Shown piece by piece: positions 1-6,251 of a DNA stretch of 27,829 nucleotides. Both the position numbers and the translations under genes were made by a program. Numbering within the stretch: position 1 is the stretch's first letter; every line of letters starts with the position of its first letter. Source of the DNA: a virus (taxonomy: Duplodnaviria; Caudoviricetes); the IMG/VR virus record IMGVR_UViG_3300030101_001949, positions 1-27,829 of that record; one strand, written 5' to 3'. Below the pieces are notes generated by a model that saw only the letters and a program-made list of their open reading frames with translations, was not told the DNA's origin and made no database searches.

Positions 1-222
1 TTCACCATCTCTAATGCCTTTCTCTAATGCAAACCTAACTTCATCTATTGTCATTGTAGAGTATCTATTTATTAAATCATCATACAATAAACTAGACATC
101 ATTACTACTTGTTTTGCATCTGGTTTTTGCCCTAACATTAAATAACACTTGCTTAATATATCTACACAATCATTTTTTAATGTTTTTTGATCTTCTATAT
201 ATCTTTTCCAAATTTTATCCAT
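1..222 (-). CDS. N-terminal part of a junction-spanning hypothetical protein (~129 aa, continues into 27563..27829); replication module
   Basis: ATG at 222 reads MDKIWKRYIEDQKTLKNDCVDILSKCYLMLGQKPDAKQVVMMSSLLYDD..., in frame with the 88-aa end ORF; overlaps the stop of the initiator gene. Confidence 0.85.
   Translation of the reverse strand, partial: MDKIWKRYIEDQKTLKNDCVDILSKCYLMLGQKPDAKQVVMMSSLLYDDLINRYSTMTIDEVRFALEKGIRDGE
2..99. repeat. Terminal direct repeat, left copy (98 bp identical to 27732..27829)
   Basis: tcaccatctctaatgcc...actagacat is identical at both ends; only base 1 (t) differs from 27731 (a). Probably an assembly overlap of a circular or permuted genome. Confidence 0.95.
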
Positions 223-856
223 TGTTGATTATATTTCTTGCCTCTTGCCAAACATTAAGCATGTGGTCGGTTTGTGATACTTTAGGTGTGTTGTAATTAT
301 TCTTTTCCCATCTTTGCATGCGCCTTTTAACATCAAATGTCTTTTGTTTTTGCCAGCGCATCTTTCTACCATTAGGACTTTTTTCTGTCCAATAATCTAT
401 AAACCTATCTAAATCAGTAAACTTAATCTCTTCTGCAATTCTATTCCACTCTAATATATAGTTACTTTGTATAGTATTTACTTTGTTATTATTAGTATTT
501 AGTAGTTGTTGATTTTCTTTATTAAGATTTTCTTGATTAAGGTTTTCTACATTAAGGTTTTCTAAAATAGGTGTTTCAGATATAATGTAATCTATGCCAC
601 CTAGTTTACCTTCAATGCGTTCACGCTTACGCCTAACATATCCTAACTCTGTAAGTTCTTTAAATGCGCTGTAAATAGCACTAATGCCATCTTTATGATG
701 GTTTGCTAACTCTGATACATACAACACCCAATCATTAGGTAGTGACAATACATAGGCTAATAACCCTTTGCTTTTAAGAGATAGGCGTTCATCACGCAAA
801 AACACATTAGATATTACTGTATAATCGGTTTTTTTCTTTACTACTATTTTTTTCAT
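215..856 (-). CDS. Phage replication initiator / replisome organizer (N-terminal winged HTH)
   Basis: YTVISNVFLRDERLSLKSKGLLAYVLSLP..W...ELANH..DG...IYSAFKEL..LGYV is a typical initiator HTH; internal iteron repeats; C-terminal F.DYW..K...MRW..QKTFD..RR..RW region. Confidence 0.8.
   Translation of the reverse strand: MKKIVVKKKTDYTVISNVFLRDERLSLKSKGLLAYVLSLPNDWVLYVSELANHHKDGISAIYSAFKELTELGYVRRKRERIEGKLGGIDYIISETPILENLNVENLNQENLNKENQQLLNTNNNKVNTIQSNYILEWNRIAEEIKFTDLDRFIDYWTEKSPNGRKMRWQKQKTFDVKRRMQRWEKNNYNTPKVSQTDHMLNVWQEARNIINNG
510..562 (-). repeat. Iteron-like 15-bp tandem repeats; putative replication origin
   Basis: GAAAACCTTAATGTA GAAAACCTTAATCAA GAAAATCTTAATAAA GAAAATCA inside the initiator gene, followed by an AT-rich tract (~450-505). 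Confidence 0.75.
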
Positions 857-1284
857 AAGCCTAATAATTTACTTTCACGCTCTAAATGTAGCATTTTTCT
901 ATCTATATCTTTTTGTTGTTGTTTTACCTCTTCTAGTTTCTCAAACCATGTTACAGTATCTTTGCTAGCTAACAAACTGCTATCATCATTCATATAAGCA
1001 TTGTAAACACATTTGTATAAACTATTGTATTCTGGGTATATACGCTCATCGCTCATATACTCTAAATGCTTTTTGCGATAAAAATAAAAGCTAGTTCTAT
1101 CTCTACTCATTAAATCTGATGCCTTTGCTATATCTATACCTAGATCACAAATCATAAACGCACCTACTACTTGCCTGGCTAGTGATATATTTCGTTTTCT
1201 GTTTGGACTATCTATAGAGCCAAAAGGTATATCTAATATCTCTTCGGCTATATACTTAATTTTGTTAATTTCTTGTTTTATCAT
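853..1284 (-). CDS. DnaA C-terminal (domain IV)-like HTH DNA-binding protein with coiled-coil tail
   Basis: SPNRKRNISLARQV...DLG...ASDLMSRDRTSFYFYRKK resembles the DnaA domain IV pattern S..R.R.I..ARQ...RDHTTV. Confidence 0.7.
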   Translation of the reverse strand: MIKQEINKIKYIAEEILDIPFGSIDSPNRKRNISLARQVVGAFMICDLGIDIAKASDLMSRDRTSFYFYRKKHLEYMSDERIYPEYNSLYKCVYNAYMNDDSSLLASKDTVTWFEKLEEVKQQQKDIDRKMLHLERESKLLGL

Positions 1285-1610
1285 AATACTGCTTCTTTAC
1301 AATGTTTACATCTACCATAATCTTCTACAATATCTGCACCACAACAAGGCGAAAATCTTTCATCATACTCTCTTAAAAAATCTCTTCTTGTAAAAGTTTC
1401 GTAAGTATCGTAATATAAATCTTCAAAATCATACGCTACATCTGTATCTTTGTCTATAAGGTACAAACGCATTTTGTAATCTCCTAAAATTACATCATCT
1501 AACTTAAAACCTAATGCCTCTACATTTGTTTTAATATCTTGCTCGCACCATACAAAAGGTGCTTTAGGGTGGTCGCTATCGCAATATCCTATATCACTTC
1601 CTGCTCTCAT
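1281..1610 (-). CDS. Hypothetical protein with C-terminal Cys cluster (possible Zn ribbon)
   Basis: FSPCCGA...GRCKHCKE; overlaps both neighbours (ATGA/TAATG coupling). Confidence 0.7.
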   Translation of the reverse strand: MRAGSDIGYCDSDHPKAPFVWCEQDIKTNVEALGFKLDDVILGDYKMRLYLIDKDTDVAYDFEDLYYDTYETFTRRDFLREYDERFSPCCGADIVEDYGRCKHCKEAVL

Positions 1611-1813
1611 TATTTATAGTATTTATGTTCAATTTTAGGCTCATATTTTTCATCTAGTTTCATATCTAGATAATGTTTATAGTGTTTTTGCGCTTCATCT
1701 AATGCACTTTTTAAATCTATCATTTCATAATCAAAATTACTTTCTCTAATGTGCTTTGCTAAATGGCGCAAAATCTTTGCAGCTTTTCGCTTGTGATTTT
1801 TATAGTAACTCAT
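1610..1813 (-). CDS. Hypothetical protein
   Basis: 67 aa, tightly packed in the operon. Confidence 0.7.
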   Translation of the reverse strand: MSYYKNHKRKAAKILRHLAKHIRESNFDYEMIDLKSALDEAQKHYKHYLDMKLDEKYEPKIEHKYYK

Positions 1814-1815
1814 AA

Positions 1816-2241
1816 CTAAAATGGCATGTCCTGGGGTTGCTCTTGTGGTTTATCGCCTTTAAGCACCCAATTAGTAAACATTTCTGCAACCTCTATAACT
1901 CTTCTTTCATCACCACCATTTGCTATAACATAATCTGTTGCACACTTTAAGGTGCTTTGTTTGATAATATACTCTTGTACATCATCTTTTAATTGTTTTG
2001 GTGTAGATGCTTGTGCATTAGGTTGCCAATTATTTATAGGTTTTACTTTTGGGTATTTACCATCTATAAATTCGTACTCTGTTTCTTGACCTACTACAAA
2101 TTTAGTTTGGTTTTGATCTTTGCTACTATACTCACCACTATCGCCATTTTCAAATGCGATTTCATGCTTGTACATTGTACCAAATTTACCATCCCATGTA
2201 CCATTTGCTTGTGCTTGTTTTACTACTGATTTTTTAATCAT
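1816..2241 (-). CDS. Putative single-stranded DNA-binding protein
   Basis: Beta-rich N-terminal half, C-terminal tail ending PQDMPF (SSB-like), located in the replication module. Confidence 0.6.
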   Translation of the reverse strand: MIKKSVVKQAQANGTWDGKFGTMYKHEIAFENGDSGEYSSKDQNQTKFVVGQETEYEFIDGKYPKVKPINNWQPNAQASTPKQLKDDVQEYIIKQSTLKCATDYVIANGGDERRVIEVAEMFTNWVLKGDKPQEQPQDMPF

Positions 2242-2245
2242 CTTT

Positions 2246-2371
2246 CTATTTAATTAAGTTAATAAATGCTTGTATAATTTCTCTACCACTATAGGTAAAG
2301 ATTAACCAAAAAGGCACAATAATTACTAATAATGCACCTAATGTTTCCCAAATGCTTTCTTTTCTATCCAT
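2246..2371 (-). CDS. Small single-pass membrane protein, 41 aa (not in ORF track)
   Basis: MDRKESIWETLGALLVIIVPFWLIFTYSGREIIQAFINLIK; TAATG overlap with the upstream gene and fills the gap exactly. Confidence 0.75.
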   Translation of the reverse strand: MDRKESIWETLGALLVIIVPFWLIFTYSGREIIQAFINLIK

Positions 2372-2664
2372 TATAGTACCTTTTTATATATTTCGTTTTG
2401 TATATCTTCTAAATGCTCTATAGCCTCGTTATAGGTGTCTATTCTACCCTGTATGCTATGCCTCATACACACATCAATATCTTCATTACTATTGCTATAT
2501 TCTATTAGCATCTCTTCACACGCTTGTATCTTTATATTGTATGCGTGTTTTTTTTGCTCTATGTTAAACATAACATCGCCAAATGCTACCTTTTGTACTT
2601 TAGGCATATCAATACTATAATGTTGTTTTGCCATTTGCTTGAAATAATCTTTGTTTAGTTCCAT
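2371..2664 (-). CDS. Hypothetical early protein (helical)
   Basis: 97 aa; start context TCAAAACAATG. Confidence 0.75.
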   Translation of the reverse strand: MELNKDYFKQMAKQHYSIDMPKVQKVAFGDVMFNIEQKKHAYNIKIQACEEMLIEYSNSNEDIDVCMRHSIQGRIDTYNEAIEHLEDIQNEIYKKVL

Positions 2665-2674
2665 TGTTTTGAAT

Positions 2675-2701
2675 AAAAAAAGGTAGGGTGTTAACCTACC
2701 T
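2675..2701 (-). terminator. Intrinsic terminator after the first early gene
   Basis: AGGTAGG-TTAACAC-CCTACCT followed by a T run. Confidence 0.8.
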
Positions 2702-2708
2702 GTGTTAA

Positions 2709-2861
2709 TTATTTTGTTTTTAATGTTTCGTGTAATTTGTCGTATAATTGACTTACTAATAGTTTAGGGTCTTCTAAACTTTCGTCACTTGTTGATTGAA
2801 CTAATTTTGATAGTAAAAGTTTTAGTTCTTTGTCTGTTAGTTGTAGTTCTTTAGTTTCCAT
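2709..2861 (-). CDS. First early protein, 50 aa (not in ORF track)
   Basis: METKELQLTDKELKLLLSKLVQSTSDESLEDPKLLVSQLYDKLHETLKTK; lies between promoter and terminator, start context CAAAACAATG. Confidence 0.8.
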   Translation of the reverse strand: METKELQLTDKELKLLLSKLVQSTSDESLEDPKLLVSQLYDKLHETLKTK

Positions 2862-2891
2862 TGTTTTGTGTTTTTGTTAATGATTATGGAG

Positions 2892-2925
2892 CAAATATAT
2901 ATACTATTTTTCAATTACCAACAAA
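2892..2925 (-). promoter_or_regulatory. Bacteroidota primary-sigma (-33/-7) early promoter
   Basis: TTTGTTG-N19-TATATTTG matches the TTG/TTTG ... TAnnTTTG consensus; lies in the intergenic gap between late and early regions. Confidence 0.8.
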
Positions 2926-2984
2926 AAAAAGTTAAGAAAGTAAAGAAATAATTAACAATACTAGATAAAAAGCGTTGTTAACAA

Positions 2985-3752
2985 CTACAATTCCATAGGG
3001 CAAATTATAGGTAATTTACCATTGTCAAGAATAACTGCACATCCTAATATAGGTTTAGCAGTATGAAATTTAGCATAAGAATACGCCCAAGATTTGTAGT
3101 CAATACCACAGGGTACTTGCATACCAAATTTTAAATCGTTTAATGAAGCTGTAAAATCTACAAAAGATTGTGTATGTATATGCCCCTGCACCATAGATTT
3201 ACCCCAATTTTGCACACGCTTCATAATACCTTTACCACTACAACCTGTACCATGTACATATAATACATCATCATGTACAAATTGCTCTTCAAAGTTCCAC
3301 CCAGGGCAACCTAACACCTCGTTAAAATCTCTAATCCAACGCTTATCTATACCACCATCTTCTGCTTTACGATGTACAATTAAATCATGGTTACCAATCG
3401 TAACATCTACCTTGCTAAATGCCCTATTCCAATCTTTCATTTGATCTATACACATATCTAACTCATACTTTGCGCCATGTGTATTTGTATGTGTATGGTG
3501 AAATGAGGCAAAATGACTATCTATTACATCACCTGTTGCACTAAAAGCTGTACAATTATACAACTCTGCTATGCGTTGACAATGCTCTAAATATTTAGGG
3601 TGTGTGTATGGTAGGTGTATGTCACCTATAATTAAGCGATTTACTTTAGGTTTGCGTAAATCTTTAAGTATTGTTATTTCGTGTGGCTTTAATCTAAATC
3701 TATTGTCTGCCATTTTTAATTTTTTCAAACCCTCTAGAGCCAAAATATGCAC
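2985..3752 (-). CDS. Calcineurin-like metallophosphoesterase (true start probably MADNRF at ~3713)
   Basis: Motifs GDIH, GDVID, GNHD, HG, GHIH in the canonical order. Confidence 0.9.
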   Translation of the reverse strand: MHILALEGLKKLKMADNRFRLKPHEITILKDLRKPKVNRLIIGDIHLPYTHPKYLEHCQRIAELYNCTAFSATGDVIDSHFASFHHTHTNTHGAKYELDMCIDQMKDWNRAFSKVDVTIGNHDLIVHRKAEDGGIDKRWIRDFNEVLGCPGWNFEEQFVHDDVLYVHGTGCSGKGIMKRVQNWGKSMVQGHIHTQSFVDFTASLNDLKFGMQVPCGIDYKSWAYSYAKFHTAKPILGCAVILDNGKLPIICPMEL

Positions 3753-4086
3753 CTATTGTAATTGTGAGTATTGCACTTAACGTGCTTTTCCACTCATCAT
3801 CAACTACAAAATCTATTGCACCCGCATCAATAAATATGAGTAATGTTGTTGCTACTACTAGCCATGCCAAAACTAAAGGGCGTATTGATTTAGTTAACCA
3901 ATTACCCTGCATGTCAGCTTGCCAACGCTTTGTTACCTCTTGCTCTATAATACCTTGATGCTCATTTACAATTTCTTGTAACTTATTTTTTAGATTTAAT
4001 TTTTCTTCTTGCGAAGTTACAACCTCATCAATTACTTTATCAGCATTACCTAAAAGTTTTGAAAATAGTGATGTTAATAAAGCCAT
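3700..4086 (-). CDS. Holin, GTA 3TM-holin-like
   Basis: EEK..LK..L...RWQADM..NWL.K.IRP followed by two TM segments and GAYFGSRG.EK; adjacent to the endolysin. Confidence 0.8.
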   Translation of the reverse strand: MALLTSLFSKLLGNADKVIDEVVTSQEEKLNLKNKLQEIVNEHQGIIEQEVTKRWQADMQGNWLTKSIRPLVLAWLVVATTLLIFIDAGAIDFVVDDEWKSTLSAILTITIGAYFGSRGFEKIKNGRQ

Positions 4087-4424
4087 ATTGCGTTTGGTTT
4101 TCGTTCATCGCAATCACAATGTACAAAGGTTTCTGCTATTCCTAATCTTCTAAAACCTGCTTGTATTAGTGCTGCTACAATTTTTGACCTGTCTAATGAA
4201 TTGTTACAATGTATATCTGCTGCACAACCTATAATGTGACTGCTAGTATCTTTAGATCCTATACTACGATTATGAGCAATAGTGCGCATGCCACTATTTA
4301 TTTTAAATGGTATGCCTGCTATATCTCTTGCATTATCTATCATTTGCAAAAAGTCATTACACATATCATTACCACTACCAGGTGCATCTGGACTTGCAAA
4401 TTCACTATGTGTAAAATACCTCAT
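4074..4424 (-). CDS. Endolysin, peptidase M15 family
   Basis: INSGMR...HN..IG....SSH..G.AAD ... FVH.D Zn-peptidase motifs. Confidence 0.9.
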   Translation of the reverse strand: MRYFTHSEFASPDAPGSGNDMCNDFLQMIDNARDIAGIPFKINSGMRTIAHNRSIGSKDTSSHIIGCAADIHCNNSLDRSKIVAALIQAGFRRLGIAETFVHCDCDERKPNAIWLY

Positions 4425-4630
4425 TTTTTACTTTTAATAAATTCTAGTATAGTATCAATTTTGCTTTTAAGATATTGCATATCTTTTGCAGCGTTTTGAT
4501 GATGTTTTGAAAATTCCCCTTTTACCTCATAAATTGAAAAAACGAAAAATTTGTAAAGTGCGTAACAACTACCTAACAATAAAACCAATGTTATACCGTA
4601 AGTTTCTACTAATTTAAATACCTGTTCCAT
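4421..4630 (-). CDS. Membrane protein in lysis cassette (holin-like)
   Basis: N-terminal hydrophobic segment followed by a short coiled coil. Confidence 0.6.
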   Translation of the reverse strand: MEQVFKLVETYGITLVLLLGSCYALYKFFVFSIYEVKGEFSKHHQNAAKDMQYLKSKIDTILEFIKSKK

Positions 4631-4725
4631 TACAACTTACAGTATTCACATTTACCAAAACATACTTTTTTAAATGTAGCGTAGTATAATAATACACACG
4701 CTGCCGCCTTTATTTTATCTATCAT
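4630..4725 (-). CDS. Small Cys-rich protein, 31 aa (not in ORF track)
   Basis: MIDKIKAAACVLLYYATFKKVCFGKCEYCKL; TAATG coupling to the next gene. Confidence 0.6.
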   Translation of the reverse strand: MIDKIKAAACVLLYYATFKKVCFGKCEYCKL

Positions 4726-4942
4726 TATTACAGCTTTTAATTGTTGCTAACTCCTTTTCAAGTTCTACTATCCTATCTTCACACTCGTTAATTATCTTGA
4801 TTTTTTTTTCTAATCTGTTTTCTAATACTAAAATATCTTCATCAAGCTGTGCGATTTGGCTATATGCTATGCCCATTGTAAAGATTATACCAACTATCCA
4901 AATAATATTACCTACAGATAATGTTAAATCTTTTTGTATCAT
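4715..4942 (-). CDS. TM plus coiled-coil protein, possible inner-membrane spanin
   Basis: IIWIVGIIFTMGIAY TM segment followed by a heptad-rich tail; in the lysis cassette. Confidence 0.55.
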   Translation of the reverse strand: MIQKDLTLSVGNIIWIVGIIFTMGIAYSQIAQLDEDILVLENRLEKKIKIINECEDRIVELEKELATIKSCNNDR

Positions 4943-5061
4943 CTACCTTGACCTCTATATTTCTTCTTGTAACCCTTTTGCCCTTTAGAGGCGTTTTTAG
5001 AGTGTTTTCTGCGCTTAACTTTAGGCTTTGCTATAAAACTACTTATTATCTTTCTTGCCAT
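4939..5061 (-). CDS. Small basic protein ending YRGQGR, 40 aa (not in ORF track)
   Basis: MARKIISSFIAKPKVKRRKHSKNASKGQKGYKKKYRGQGR; ATGA coupling to the next gene. Confidence 0.8.
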   Translation of the reverse strand: MARKIISSFIAKPKVKRRKHSKNASKGQKGYKKKYRGQGR

Positions 5062-5212
5062 TCTTATAGTCAATAAATCTTTGTGCTGTATAAAGTATAG
5101 AAAGTAGCAACAATAATATCTGTAATACTTGCTCTACCTCTGTAAAACTAATAAAAAGCGTAACGCTATTTAGTCCTAGTACATCTGCGTTTTGTGCTGC
5201 TATCTCTTTCAT
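5039..5212 (-). CDS. Small holin-like membrane protein, 57 aa (not in ORF track)
   Basis: MKEIAAQNADVLGLNSVTLFISFTEVEQVLQILLLLLSILYTAQRFIDYKNGKKDNK; hydrophobic segments and a basic C-terminus. Confidence 0.7.
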   Translation of the reverse strand: MKEIAAQNADVLGLNSVTLFISFTEVEQVLQILLLLLSILYTAQRFIDYKNGKKDNK

Positions 5213-5270
5213 CTTTTTTATCTAAATATGCTTTTAGCTTTCTAATATTTTTAGCTTTTGGTTTATACAT
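5166..5270 (-). CDS. Small basic protein, 34 aa (not in ORF track)
   Basis: MYKPKAKNIRKLKAYLDKKDERDSSTKRRCTRTK; TAATG overlap with the adaptor stop. Confidence 0.55.
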   Translation of the reverse strand: MYKPKAKNIRKLKAYLDKKDERDSSTKRRCTRTK

Positions 5271-5839
5271 TATGGTTTAAGATCAGATGTTAAAAAATCA
5301 TCTAGTGTAATGTTACCTGGGCGTTTTCTAACTCCATCTAAATTCATGCCACTATAGTAGTTTCTTTTAGTTGGCGCAATATCTTCATTAGTATTTGTGT
5401 TGTATTCTGGCACTAAATGATTGTTGTGGCGTAACCAATCTATCATTCTTTCTGTATACCACTCTGCTGTATTACGCACTACCTCACGCAAAAAATTCAA
5501 CTCTTCTAAACTTGTGTTTTCTGATGTTTCACTAGTTTTACGCACTATATTAGCGTTCATAATTCTATAACCTAGAAATGGTATTGCCTCATATAGTGTC
5601 CAATGTACCAACGCATCTTGTACATAATCCTCTACAAGTGTTTCATAATTACCTGCTAATGAATTATTTATTACATCAGCTTGCAACTTGTTATATAAGT
5701 CAGTACCTAGTTTAGGGTGTATGTGTAAATCTTGTGCAACTTTCATATAAGGTCGCAACAACATAGCATCAACATTACCATTTATGGTTGTTGATTTTTT
5801 TAACTTTGTTTCTGATATAAATAATGCTGTTTGGCTCAT
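5270..5839 (-). CDS. Putative head-tail adaptor/connector
   Basis: 189-aa helical protein near the portal; AQD..I...LGT.LY..L pattern recalls Bacteroidota phage neck proteins. Confidence 0.6.
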   Translation of the reverse strand: MSQTALFISETKLKKSTTINGNVDAMLLRPYMKVAQDLHIHPKLGTDLYNKLQADVINNSLAGNYETLVEDYVQDALVHWTLYEAIPFLGYRIMNANIVRKTSETSENTSLEELNFLREVVRNTAEWYTERMIDWLRHNNHLVPEYNTNTNEDIAPTKRNYYSGMNLDGVRKRPGNITLDDFLTSDLKP

Positions 5840-5842
5840 TTT

Positions 5843-6247
5843 TTATTTTCTTCCTTTTAATATTTCGTAGCCACTTTCAACTTTGTTTATTACACTTCGC
5901 ACTGCTTGGTCTAACTCGTTATATTCTTTTGTTTTAAAATCAACACCTAAATCTTTAGCTTTTTTTTCAAAATCATCTAACGCAAAAAATGCTTTGTCTG
6001 CTATTTTTTCTGCATCACTATGTAAACGCCTAACCTCTTCTGCTTGTTTGTCTAAACTATCAATAGCTTTAATAAAATCAGTGTGTAATTTTGTTAACTC
6101 TTCAAATGTGTTATCTACAATTTTTACCTGACTTTTAAGTTCATCTATACTACCTAACTCTACTTTTTTAGGTGTAGTAACTTTGTCTAGTTTAACATCT
6201 TTAAACATTTCGCCTAATGCTATTTGTACTTTCTTGTTAAATTCCAT
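5843..6247 (-). CDS. KVELG-motif coiled-coil protein (paralog of 11832..12209)
   Basis: Shared EFNK, KVELG..D, ADKA and DLGV motifs. Confidence 0.75.
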   Translation of the reverse strand: MEFNKKVQIALGEMFKDVKLDKVTTPKKVELGSIDELKSQVKIVDNTFEELTKLHTDFIKAIDSLDKQAEEVRRLHSDAEKIADKAFFALDDFEKKAKDLGVDFKTKEYNELDQAVRSVINKVESGYEILKGRK

Positions 6248-6251
6248 GTCT

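Noticed and set aside
1-99. Biological terminal repeat or att site
   Set aside because: The ~99-bp length and mid-gene position fit an assembler k-mer overlap better; no integrase was seen.
510-562. CRISPR mini-array
   Set aside because: The units are 15-bp tandem repeats without unique spacers, inside a CDS.
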